From assembly GCA_005222975.1 (NCBI GenBank), contig NJBI01000041.1:1-31202 (forward strand): DNA of 31,202 nt, in the 5' to 3' direction. Source of the stretch: Promethearchaeota archaeon Loki_b31. Lineage in GTDB: Archaea; Asgardarchaeota; Lokiarchaeia; Sigyniarchaeales; SOKP01. Below, in pieces: positions 18,476 to 28,632 of the stretch. Under the pieces are notes generated by a model that saw nothing but the letters and a program-made list of their open reading frames with translations, did no database searches and had not been told where the DNA came from. The first letter of the stretch is position 1, and each line of letters opens with the position of its first letter. The position numbers and the translations under genes were made by a program.

Positions 18476-21107
18476 TTATTTATTAATTAGTAAATCTTTT
18501 TTTTCTTTCCTAAAAAGAAATTTTATAAAGAGAATATTTAGAATTGTTGGGATTACGCCAACAAACACGATTAAATATATTCCTACAATAAACATATTCT
18601 CCATTTGAGAGTTCATCAAGATTAACCCTACTGTATCAAGTAAATAATGAAATATGATAGATGGAAGCAGACTTTTAGTTTTTATATACATATATCCCAT
18701 CGAAAAACCAAGTAAAGTCGTGTATATAACTTGAAATACTACGAGTAAGGGATCTCCTCCTGATAATAATACATTTATGATATTAAATGCATGTGCTAAT
18801 CCAAAAATTAAACCACTTATTAGAATCGATAGTATTTGCTTATATTTTCGTGAAAGGAGGGGTAAAATAACACCTCGAAAAGCTACCTCTTCCCATAATC
18901 CTGGTCTAATCATAAAAATCCAAATAAACCAACCAAAACTAGCGATTCCAGGAATCAAAGGGTTCGGATCTCTAAATAAGAATTCAGGGGCCCAATAATA
19001 ATATCCTAAAAGATTAGCGCCAATCCATACAACAATACCGAAAATTGCAAAAGAACCTAATCCAACAAGGAGATTTCGGCCTAATGGTTTAACCTTAGAT
19101 AATCCGATTGTTCTAGTATAATCGCTAAATTTTTCATCTCTACAAGGTAATTTCAACCCCTTTGGAAATATTAAAAGAAATAAGAGTAATAGAAACCCCT
19201 CTATGAGAAGAAATTCAACAAATAATATTCCCACATATGGCAACGTTAATAAAAACGGGAGAAAAATAATCTCAATAAAACCTGCGAGATTTTGAAAAAT
19301 GAAAAATAATATTAATACCACTAACCCCCCTAGAATCGGTTTGTTTCTTAATAACCCTCGTGTTTCAAATAATGGTAATTTGTCAGCCTTCGGGAACATT
19401 TTTGAAAAAATATAAACAACAATTGATAACCCAACCAATCCTATGAAAAACAACGCTAATATTGAAGTTGTAATCCCTACACTAACAAATAATGTAAAAC
19501 CGATAATTAATATAAATATGCATATAGCTAAATCAGCACCAACCATCAAAAGCCATTTCTCTAATTTATGTTTTTTATTTACTTCCTCAAGAACATATTT
19601 GTATTTCATTGTACCGAATAATCGAATCTTCATTTCGAATACAAATAGTAGAAACATCCAAACAATTGGTAAACAGCTTAGAAATAGGATTAGAACTATA
19701 ATCGATTGAGTTAGAATTGTTAGAAGTGTAGCCATTAAAATTAATGAAATTCCTTGGATAATTAGCATCAATATTAATTTACCCTTAGCTTGATCGCGTG
19801 GTAAAAGAGGCAATGAAGCAAGAGTAGACGAACCTGATTCCTCAAGATTTAATAAACCTCCAACAAGCATAAGTGGTATAAATTGACTAACCATCATAAT
19901 AATTGCCCATAATATCATAATACTAAAGGTTGATGATACATTTCTAGTTATTGGAGATTGCATCGAAATAATCATAATTATAGGATAGAGAAGAGGCATA
20001 AGAATAAAAATTAAAGATTGATAATCCCGCGTTGAAGATATTAAATCCTTACGAATATAAGATTTGACGGGAGACATCGGTTTTATTTCAATTTCAATAG
20101 TTTTTGTTATTGTCTTAGATTCCTTTTTTATCTTAGCATAACTAGCTTCAATAGTGGCTACGCTATTTAAAGATTTTATAGCTACTTTATAAAAAAGAAA
20201 AGCGATTACTGCTAGAATTGCCATTCCTATTAAACTTGATATCCATAAAATTAGAGGAACTTGTTCAGTCGTTAAACTTAAACCAACTAAATAGCCGGGC
20301 GCAAACGGTAATGGAATAAAACTCAATAAAATATTTAAATCCATTGAGGGAGGATTTGTGCTAAAATCATCAATGAGATTTACTATAGAATTCATTCCAA
20401 ATTGTAAAACAAAACTTGAGCCAAAAGCTACAAAAAAAAACCCCATCAAAGAGACAATTCTTAAAATATTTGCTTTTTTTGAATTTCGGTTTGATTCAGA
20501 AAAAATTCGGCTAAATCTCTCTGCAACAATAATCAAAATACTTACACCTAATATTGTAATGAAGAACGATGATATAACGCATAAAATGAAAGTTAAAAAA
20601 CTCTGAGTTACTATAAGTAAAACAATTGGAAGAGCAAAAGTCATTACAATTATCGGGGCAATTAAATTTCGTAATAATGTCATAAATCCTAGTTTTTTTA
20701 AATCATTTCGAGATATTGGTAAGGTTTGTAACCATTTGAAGGAGTTTCCTGACATTAAAGAACTAGTAGTAAACAACCCAAAAAAAATAAAGGATCGATA
20801 TCGTTAAAAATATCCACATAAAAAAACTATAGAGAAAGATTTGTCCTTCTATAGGGTATGAAGGAAAAATACCCTCGGTAATTTCAATATATAAAATTAT
20901 TGAAAGAAATGGCATGATCATCATAACTAAAGCAGAAACAAACTTTAACACAATCGATTGATTTTTTATATAGTTTTTATTTTTTTCAGCCTTTTCAAGT
21001 ACTTTAGCTTGATGAGCACCAGAAGAAGCTAACATAGAATCCATAATCATCTCGTAATTAGTGAATTTTGATAATGAGAAACAGCTTAATTTCTTCTTAT
21101 CTTTCAT
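18476..21107 (-). pseudogene. Frameshifted paralogue of the permease-CPBP fusion (ORFs 20763-21107 and 18476-20776)
   Basis: The two ORFs align consecutively to the 874-aa paralogue. The break is at a T8 tract (20780-20787); a +1 shift gives 876 aa. WEEVAFRG, FGLAH and FHY motifs are intact. Confidence 0.75.
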
Positions 21108-21108
21108 T

Positions 21109-21915
21109 TTAACCCGTCGCCTTGATTTTTTTCTTATATGACGCCCTTAGCTTCTTAACAATCTCTTCTACGGAAGAATCTTGTTCAGTTAATCTAAGAA
21201 AAACATCTTCCAAACTCGCACCCAATTTGTCCGCTTGTTGTCTAAGCTCGTCAATAGTTCCAAGTCCTACTAACTTACCCCTGTTCATTATTGCTATACG
21301 ATCGCACAAATCTTCTGCGATTTCCATGATATGGGTTGAAAACAGTACAGAACCTCCCTTTTCTATATGCATATCTAAGATCTCTTTTACTACCCTAACA
21401 GATTTAGCATCAAGTCCAGCTATTGGTTCGTCTAAAATTAAAAGCTCTGGTTCATGAAGTATAGAGGCAATAATTTGCATTTTTTGCTTGTTTCCGTGTG
21501 ATAATGTAGCAATCAAGTGTTCATAATACTCCACAGCGCCTAAGCTTTCTAAATACCTTTGTACTCGCTCTGTGGTCTCCTCTGCGTCTAACCTACGAAT
21601 AGAAGCTATAAAATTAAACAAATCTTTAGGTGTGAGCGATTTAAATATAAAAGGCTCTTCTGAAACATAGCCTACTTTCTCTTTCATTTGAACTTCTTCA
21701 CGCTCGGGATTTAAACCAAAAATGCGGATGGTTCCTTCTAAAGGTTCAAGTAGTCCTAACAGAAGCTTAATTGTAGTGGTTTTCCCAGCTCCGTTCGGCC
21801 CTAAGAGACCGAAAACCTCACCCTTTTTGACATCAAATGAGATACCATTAACAGCTTTAACCTCACCAAAATACTTTTTCAAATCTCGAACAGAGATCGT
21901 TATATTATCGTTCAT
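21109..21915 (-). CDS. ABC transporter ATP-binding protein (paralogue of 17642-18439)
   Basis: GPNGAGKTT, LSHGNKQK, ILDEP and STH motifs. Confidence 0.95.
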   Translation of the reverse strand: MNDNITISVRDLKKYFGEVKAVNGISFDVKKGEVFGLLGPNGAGKTTTIKLLLGLLEPLEGTIRIFGLNPEREEVQMKEKVGYVSEEPFIFKSLTPKDLFNFIASIRRLDAEETTERVQRYLESLGAVEYYEHLIATLSHGNKQKMQIIASILHEPELLILDEPIAGLDAKSVRVVKEILDMHIEKGGSVLFSTHIMEIAEDLCDRIAIMNRGKLVGLGTIDELRQQADKLGASLEDVFLRLTEQDSSVEEIVKKLRASYKKKIKATG

Positions 21916-22151
21916 TTTTAATATTTTCTAAAGTTTTAAGTTGATTGTTTTAGTAATAATCTTAATTTAACTTAATTTTAATAATATATATTTTTATATT
22001 ATACTATATTTCTTCAATATATAAATGTTGTGACTTATATTTTACCTTTATAAATTGACATTCTAACAGAGGAATAGTATAATATATAAGATTATATTAT
22101 AATATATAAAATAACAAATTTAAAAGATATAGGATTTTAATTTTGTTATTG

Positions 22152-23123
22152 CTAAAAATTAGGTTTGATAATTGATGATTCTTCTTCTTTTTGCCTAACA
22201 ATTATAACGATCGATACGATAATGATAACAAGTCCTATTAAATGAAAGATTGTAAATAATTCTCCTAAAAATAGTGTAGCAAATATCGCAGTAATAATTG
22301 GCGTTGGCGAAAAAAGGATTGTTGCCTTCGAAACATCTAAATATGAGAGCGTTTTATACCAGCAGTATAATCCCGCCCCATAAATGGCACCCATTGAGAT
22401 ATAATAGAATTGGTTAGTGGGAACAAATAATAGGCTAATGTTCTCGAAAGGGAAGAATAAAAAATAAGTAGAAAATAAAAAAATCCCACTTAAAATATTT
22501 CTAATAAAAACCATCTGAGTTGGAGTAGCTTCATTTCGAGCAAAAACCGGCTTAGTAATTGAATGTCCAAACATCCATAAACAAGTAATAAATAACATAA
22601 TCAACACACCACTCAAGATATCTACACTAAAAGTTAAAAGATTAAATGATCCTTGCGAAATAGCAAGGATTAACCCAAAAAATAAAATCGTTGAAAAGAT
22701 TATTTGTACTTTAGTTATCCGCTCTTTTAAAATTAGAAATCCAAAAATCAAACTAAAAAAGACTGTTGTTTTTTGAGTAAGAGACCCATTAATTGCTCCT
22801 GCTAATTCATATCCTATAAAAAATAGAAGTTGGTTGAGACCAAAGATTATTCCAATAAATAGAAAGAGCCAAATATTCTTTCTCCAGTTTTTAATCATGG
22901 AATTGCTATGATTGGTACTTGCATTATTATTTTTAGCTAGATTTACTTTTTTCTCTATAAGAATTAATGGTAAGAAGATTACTGCTTCTACTAAACAGGT
23001 CATTACGGCAAAAATATGAGCATCAAGCGCAGCTGGGCGGCTGTTAGCAATTATTGGTTGAAAACCTACAAAAAAATTCCCAATAACCCCGAAAATTAGA
23101 CCTTTCTTTAAGTTATTGTTCAA
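22152..23123 (-). CDS. DMT/EamA family transporter
   Basis: About 10 TM segments; FLILKERIT and LFLGELFTIFHLIG repeats; TTG start. Confidence 0.88.
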   Translation of the reverse strand: MNNNLKKGLIFGVIGNFFVGFQPIIANSRPAALDAHIFAVMTCLVEAVIFLPLILIEKKVNLAKNNNASTNHSNSMIKNWRKNIWLFLFIGIIFGLNQLLFFIGYELAGAINGSLTQKTTVFFSLIFGFLILKERITKVQIIFSTILFFGLILAISQGSFNLLTFSVDILSGVLIMLFITCLWMFGHSITKPVFARNEATPTQMVFIRNILSGIFLFSTYFLFFPFENISLLFVPTNQFYYISMGAIYGAGLYCWYKTLSYLDVSKATILFSPTPIITAIFATLFLGELFTIFHLIGLVIIIVSIVIIVRQKEEESSIIKPNF

Positions 23124-23241
23124 GATATTTAAGAAAAGCTATAAAAAATTAAAAAGTTTTACAACAAAAAAGAATAGAAAAGTCTAAACCTCGATATAAA
23201 GAAAAAATACTATTAAATATTCCTTTGTTGAAATATTAATT

Positions 23242-24402
23242 ATGAATAGTTTCGAACGAATATGGGCAGCTTTAAACCTCGAAGAACCCGATAGAATTCC
23301 AACACATACGATAAATATCGATGGTAATGTTGCTGATAAGATCATAGGTCGTCCAAAAAGAAATGCGTTTAATGTATTTGACGATATGGAAAAACAATAT
23401 CCAGATGATTGGGCAGATAAAATCAATTCTATCATTATCGATATTGAAATATCAACCTTTTCGAAAGCAGTTAGAGCGGGGTATGAAATAGGGTTTGATG
23501 GCGTTGGAGTACAATACATACCATTCATTTTCGAAAGTCAGACAGAGATGACGGACATATTTGGAAAGAGACATAAAATAAGAAATATTGATGGAAACCC
23601 TTATCCAGATTACTATGGAGGATACATTAAAAATCGAGATGATTGGGAAAAATATCCTAAGCCAGATATGAAAGAGGAATATAAAGCTGCTAAAAAATTT
23701 TATAAAGGAGTTCTAAGAAAGTGTAGAGATATCAAAGATGATATTTGTATTATAGCTCAAAATGCTTTAACATCCGTATTTCCTCCTGTATGGCAAGGTA
23801 TGGGAATGAATAACTTTGCTCGCGCTTTAAAAAACGATCCAAAATTAATTGAAGAACGTTTTCGATTTTGCACTGACTTCGTCTTGACCGTTTTTAGAGC
23901 GTATTCCGATTGTGGTGCTAAGATTTTTCTCGAAGGAGGGGACATAGCACATAAAGGAGGTCCAATGATGAGTCCAAAATACTTCAACAAATATCTATTA
24001 CCACGCTACCAAGAAGTTTCAGAAGCAATCCATGATTGGGGCGGGAAATATATATTACACACGGATGGTGACATTACTTCTCAATTAGATTTTATTGTTG
24101 AATCTGGTTTTGATGGCCTTCAATGCCTCGAACCTCCTTGGGTTGATCCCTATTTGGTTAAAAAGAAAGTTGGAGATAAATTATGCTTATCTGGAAACAT
24201 TGATACAAAAAGTATCTTAGTTGATGCTACAAAACAGGAAGTAGAACAAGCCGTGGCGAATGCGATAAACGCAATGGGTAAGGGAGGAGGATTTATGATA
24301 TCTCCAGCCAATTTTCATCCAAACATAACAGTTGATCGTTTAAAATGGATGATTGAAGCTGCTAATAAATTAGGTGTTTACCCCTTACATAATATTGATT
24401 AA
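23242..24402 (+). CDS. Uroporphyrinogen decarboxylase / MtaA-CmuA methyltransferase family protein
   Basis: MNSFERI...EEPDRIP, PMMSPKYF, ILHTDG, LSGNID and GGGFMISPA. Confidence 0.88.
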   Translation: MNSFERIWAALNLEEPDRIPTHTINIDGNVADKIIGRPKRNAFNVFDDMEKQYPDDWADKINSIIIDIEISTFSKAVRAGYEIGFDGVGVQYIPFIFESQTEMTDIFGKRHKIRNIDGNPYPDYYGGYIKNRDDWEKYPKPDMKEEYKAAKKFYKGVLRKCRDIKDDICIIAQNALTSVFPPVWQGMGMNNFARALKNDPKLIEERFRFCTDFVLTVFRAYSDCGAKIFLEGGDIAHKGGPMMSPKYFNKYLLPRYQEVSEAIHDWGGKYILHTDGDITSQLDFIVESGFDGLQCLEPPWVDPYLVKKKVGDKLCLSGNIDTKSILVDATKQEVEQAVANAINAMGKGGGFMISPANFHPNITVDRLKWMIEAANKLGVYPLHNID

Positions 24403-24403
24403 A

Positions 24404-25378
24404 TTACTTTTTCTCATTTTGTATAAGATTCTTTTTTAACTTTTTTTCTCTTACAATCATATAAATTGAAATTATAATAATTACCATGCCTATTAGATGG
24501 AAGATTGTGAATACATCGCCCAGAATGATCCAAGCGAATAAAGCTGTTATAATTGGTGTTACTGAATTTATTACGCCAGCTTTTCCTATTTGTATATAAG
24601 ATAAAGTTTTATACCAAAAAAATAAGCTTACACTGTAATCTAATCCCATCAGAAGATAATATATGAAATAATCAGGATTGAATACAATATTTATTCTGTC
24701 TAAAGGAAAAAAAATGAAATATGTAGAAAATAATATTATTCCACTTAACAGACTCCGAATAAAAACTACTTGAATAGGGGAGAGTTCATTTCTGTCGAAT
24801 CTAGATTTAGTGAAAGTGTGGACAAGAGTGAACAAGGCAACATCTATCAGTAAGATTAGAACTCCAATATTAAATTCAAGCAAATTAAAAGATCCTTGTG
24901 TTATTGCAATAAATACTCCGAAGAATAGGGTTGCACAGAATAGAAGTTGAACTTTTGATATCCTTTTTTCTTTTAAAAATATATAACCAAATAATAAAGC
25001 GAAAAAAACTTCACTTTTTAAAGTAAGTGAGCTATTAATTGCCCCTGCAAGGTCAAAACTCAAAAATAATAGCACAGGGACAATTGAAAAGGTAATTCCT
25101 ATTAATACCAGAAACTTTAAATTGTTTTTCTTTTTCCATCCGTTTAACAAGGAATATATCTTTTCATCTGAGTTTACATCTATTGACGATTTTAATTTGT
25201 GCCTTTCAAGTACAAACAACGGAAAAAAGATTGTAGCCATAATTAAAGCTGTTACTGCAGCAAATATGTAAGGATCAATAACAGATGGTCTAGAATTGGC
25301 AATAATCGGTTGAAGAGAGATCCCCAATACACCAATTGTGCCACAGATTAATCCTTTTTTTAAATTATGATTTTCCAT
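24404..25378 (-). CDS. DMT/EamA family transporter (paralogue of 22152-23123)
   Basis: Shares NLKKGLI, QPIIANSRP, LAGAIN, QGSFNLL and WYKTLSY blocks with the paralogue. Confidence 0.88.
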   Translation of the reverse strand: MENHNLKKGLICGTIGVLGISLQPIIANSRPSVIDPYIFAAVTALIMATIFFPLFVLERHKLKSSIDVNSDEKIYSLLNGWKKKNNLKFLVLIGITFSIVPVLLFLSFDLAGAINSSLTLKSEVFFALLFGYIFLKEKRISKVQLLFCATLFFGVFIAITQGSFNLLEFNIGVLILLIDVALFTLVHTFTKSRFDRNELSPIQVVFIRSLLSGIILFSTYFIFFPLDRINIVFNPDYFIYYLLMGLDYSVSLFFWYKTLSYIQIGKAGVINSVTPIITALFAWIILGDVFTIFHLIGMVIIIISIYMIVREKKLKKNLIQNEKK

Positions 25379-25479
25379 TTGTCGTTTGTAAATTCAGATT
25401 TAATTGATATTAGTTAAATAATAGTCTCTTTTTAAAATTTAAGTAATTAACAATTTAAACAAAAGAAAAGTAAAAAATA

Positions 25480-25629
25480 TTATTTAGAATAACTTCCAAA
25501 TTGAGGAAATGTCTTTAATTGGGTAGATTTAAAGACAGGCCCATCTTTGCATACGCTAATATCGTTCTTTTCTCCTACACAACAAGAACCACATAAACCT
25601 ATTCCACATTTCATTTTTCTTTCCAGACT
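25480..25629 (-). pseudogene. Displaced duplicate of the 3' end of the FrhB-PyrK gene (49 codons + stop)
   Basis: SLERKMKCGIGLCGSCCVGEKNDISVCKDGPVFKSTQLKTFPQFGSYSK* versus 26211-26360. Hand count: 38/49 aa and 121/150 nt identical, no indels. Confidence 0.92.
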
Positions 25630-25694
25630 ACATAAAATATATAAGTTGACAATAATATAATTTTTATAATTAAAGAGAGTGATTGGTAGGGTAA

Positions 25695-26183
25695 ATGTTA
25701 TATATTTTTATTATTAGTCTTATAATATGGGGATTAAAATATAACAGGAAATCTACTTTCAAAAATACACTCATAACAATCTTTATTATGATGATTCCAG
25801 TATTTATTGTTTCATTCTTATCGACTTTTGTACATGTGAGAGTTGAGTGTGGATTAACTCATTTGTATTTACCCCTTTCCTTTCCTTTAGAATTAAGACG
25901 TATTATATCTCCACTTGCGATCTTTCCTCCAATTGAACGCTGGGAGGTATATATTTTTGGGAATATAAGAATAATGGGATTATATAGTCGCGATATTCAA
26001 ATGTACGACATAAAAGAATTAATCCAATCTTATTTTTGTATGATATTTTTCCTACTGAATTTTATAACTAGTTGGATTTCCGTAGGAATTATTGAAATTT
26101 GGAATAAAATAATGGGGAAAAGGATTTGGGCACATAGAAAGATTAAAGAAGATTTAAAGTTAAGAAGAAAGAGATTCTTCTAA
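25695..26183 (+). CDS. Hypothetical membrane protein (cargo between duplicated gene ends)
   Basis: 162 aa with about 3 hydrophobic segments and a basic tail; fills the space between the repeats. Confidence 0.6.
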   Translation: MLYIFIISLIIWGLKYNRKSTFKNTLITIFIMMIPVFIVSFLSTFVHVRVECGLTHLYLPLSFPLELRRIISPLAIFPPIERWEVYIFGNIRIMGLYSRDIQMYDIKELIQSYFCMIFFLLNFITSWISVGIIEIWNKIMGKRIWAHRKIKEDLKLRRKRFF

Positions 26184-26210
26184 AACAATGAGTGAAAATA
26201 AATAAGAAAA

Positions 26211-28028
26211 TTATTTTATATATGTACCAAATTGAGGAAAGCTCTTTAACTGTTTTGAATTGAAAATGGGCCCATCTTTGCATACACTAATATTATGGTT
26301 TTCACCTATACAACAAGAACCGCATAAACCCACACCACATTTCATTTTTCTTTCCAGGCTAGCTTGAATATTTATATTTCTTAACTCTGCTATATCCAAT
26401 ACTTTTTTCATCATAAATTCAGGGCCACATGTAATTATTAAGTCAATTTTATCTTTGATAATGATTTCTTCAATCGTATCTGTTACAAGGCATTTCTTAC
26501 CTACAGACCCGTCTTCCGTACTACACATCGTATCTGGAATTAGATCTATTAATCGATCGGCAAATATTAACGAGGGCTCATCTTTCGCTCCGATCGCTAC
26601 AAATACATTCTTTTTATTTAGTCTTAGAGACTCTATTAATGTAGTTAACGCTGCTACACCCATTCCTCCCCCAACTACTAGGATATTTTTTGCATTTTCG
26701 TAATTAAACGAGTTTCCAAAAGGACCTCTAATCCCTATAGAATCTCCTTCTCTTAATTCAAATAATTTTGATGTTCCTTCGCCAATTTTTTGGACTGTTA
26801 TTTCTATAAGATTATCATTTATGCTAGAGATGGACATTGGTAAGAAATCAATATCGGGAAGCCATAATACAACAAACATCCCGGGTTTGTAGGCTTTCGC
26901 AATTCGAGGGTTTTTGACGATAAAACTTTTAATATCGGTAGTATGCTCCGTTATCGATTTAATTTTTACTATATCGGTTTTATTTCTTGTAATGTCTAAA
27001 ATCAATTCCTCCTTTTCGTGTTCTAAAGGTTTTGTTTCGAGAAAACCTTGTTCGACAGCTAGCTCAAAAACTTCTTTACCTCTTTCAGATCGCACAATTA
27101 TAGTATTCCATCCATCTTCACTGCCAAACTTTCCAACAGATATATCTGCAAACGAGGCTGTATAATCGGAACACGAGAAACAAGCGGCTCTAATCGCTTT
27201 ATCGTATAAATAATTAAGGGGTATTTCATTGACTGTTGAATCAACGCTTACTTTCATTTTGAAATTAGCTTTGTCGGTATCAATTTTATCAACCTCGCTC
27301 AGGTTGATGTTAAATTCCTCAAACGCCATTTTTAATAATTGATTGTAATAAGTTCCAAAACAAAAGGTTCCAATAGCTAATGTTACTAAATCATAAGCTT
27401 CGTAATCGAAAGCAGGATGGTTTTGTAATTTTCTCAAAGCTTGTATTTGGCATGGAGTGCCTACTACTGCGATATCTGTATATTCCTTATTAATGACATC
27501 GCCTACAAGCGAAAGAGTTGGACCTTGGCTTGGTTTATATCCAGCTCCTTTAAATAAATCTTGTTGATTCTGAGCAATTATTTGAAAGGGTCTAAAGTTC
27601 TCATCTTTATCAGTAATAATCGATGCATCGATTAAACCGTTCTCCATAGCAACCCATAGTAATCCTGTTAAAGGTCCTGCTTCAGTTGGGATGTTTTTAC
27701 GTGCTTTATTTGTTAGTTTTACAGAAATTATTTCGATATAGTGACCCAAAATATTATCGTGTTCTTTACCAAAAACCCACTTATCTAATAGTGACAGAGG
27801 AATCTTCTCAATCTCTGTTTTCGGACAGAGATTATAACAAAGCCCGAAACCATCTCTACAGGTATTCATGTCTTTGCAAGATCCATCTTCTATTGGGATT
27901 TCTTTTTCTTTATCAAATTGAATGCTAGCACAAAAAGCTCCACAAGCTCCACAGTATACGCATTTCCCAGTTTGAATTATTTCTTCATTTAGTTCCTTCC
28001 AACCCTTTTGAGATTTCCCAATATACAT
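26211..28028 (-). CDS. Fusion: coenzyme F420 hydrogenase/dehydrogenase beta subunit (FrhB-like) + PyrK-like FAD/NAD/[2Fe-2S] electron-transfer domain
   Basis: N-terminal CVYCGACGAFC, AVVGTPCQI, IGTFC, CFSCSDY...ADISVG and GWNTIIVRSERG. C-terminal KPGMFV, RGPFGN, GGGMG, CGP and ERKMKCGVGLCGSC...CKDGP. Confidence 0.88.
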   Translation of the reverse strand: MYIGKSQKGWKELNEEIIQTGKCVYCGACGAFCASIQFDKEKEIPIEDGSCKDMNTCRDGFGLCYNLCPKTEIEKIPLSLLDKWVFGKEHDNILGHYIEIISVKLTNKARKNIPTEAGPLTGLLWVAMENGLIDASIITDKDENFRPFQIIAQNQQDLFKGAGYKPSQGPTLSLVGDVINKEYTDIAVVGTPCQIQALRKLQNHPAFDYEAYDLVTLAIGTFCFGTYYNQLLKMAFEEFNINLSEVDKIDTDKANFKMKVSVDSTVNEIPLNYLYDKAIRAACFSCSDYTASFADISVGKFGSEDGWNTIIVRSERGKEVFELAVEQGFLETKPLEHEKEELILDITRNKTDIVKIKSITEHTTDIKSFIVKNPRIAKAYKPGMFVVLWLPDIDFLPMSISSINDNLIEITVQKIGEGTSKLFELREGDSIGIRGPFGNSFNYENAKNILVVGGGMGVAALTTLIESLRLNKKNVFVAIGAKDEPSLIFADRLIDLIPDTMCSTEDGSVGKKCLVTDTIEEIIIKDKIDLIITCGPEFMMKKVLDIAELRNINIQASLERKMKCGVGLCGSCCIGENHNISVCKDGPIFNSKQLKSFPQFGTYIK

Positions 28029-28029
28029 T

Positions 28030-28629
28030 TTAATTACCTTCCTCCTTTAATTTTTGAAGAAATTTTTTTGCTTCTTGCTTTCCAAGCTCAAATGCTTCTA
28101 TATTTGTGTCTAATGTAGAACTTGGCACAAACTTTTTAATCGTTTCTAACGCAGATTCTTCAGAAAATATCCCTGCAAGTACAGTAAAAATAGCAAACAA
28201 AATTGTATTTCCAAATACGATATTACCAAATTTTTCAACAGCTAATTTCTGAACGGGGATGCTCAAGGCTTTACTAATTTTTTTCGCCCCTCTAAATTTG
28301 TTAATCGTTGAGGGGTCCCAAACTAAAAACCCCGTATTTTTATCAGGTTTAACAAAATTAGCCTTTATATCATTAGCCGATTCTTGAGATAAAACTATTA
28401 AAAAATCGTACGGCTTTAAAGCTTTAGGGTAATCAATATATTCAATACTTTTATCTAAATCAACAACAACCTCCGCCCAACATTTTCCTCCCCGCGCAGC
28501 GGCAGAATAAGCCTCAGTTTGCGTTGCAGCGAGCCCTTCATAGATTGAACTTGCCATAATTATCATTTTGCTGAGAGTGATAACTCCTTGGCCGCCAAAT
28601 CCACTTACGCGAATTTCGTATCGAGCCAT
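28030..28629 (-). CDS. korC: 2-oxoacid:ferredoxin oxidoreductase gamma subunit
   Basis: EIRVSGFGGQG, YSAAARGG and NIEAFELG. Substrate specificity cannot be determined from sequence. Confidence 0.85.
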   Translation of the reverse strand: MARYEIRVSGFGGQGVITLSKMIIMASSIYEGLAATQTEAYSAAARGGKCWAEVVVDLDKSIEYIDYPKALKPYDFLIVLSQESANDIKANFVKPDKNTGFLVWDPSTINKFRGAKKISKALSIPVQKLAVEKFGNIVFGNTILFAIFTVLAGIFSEESALETIKKFVPSSTLDTNIEAFELGKQEAKKFLQKLKEEGN

Positions 28630-28632
28630 TGT

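Noticed and set aside
20763-20810. Intron as the cause of the permease frameshift
   Set aside because: The region is shorter, not longer, than the paralogue and shows no BHB.
10366-25647. Shared AACTTAT (minus strand) near both cargo/remnant junctions
   Set aside because: A 7-mer in very AT-rich DNA at different distances from the junctions; not distinguishable from chance.
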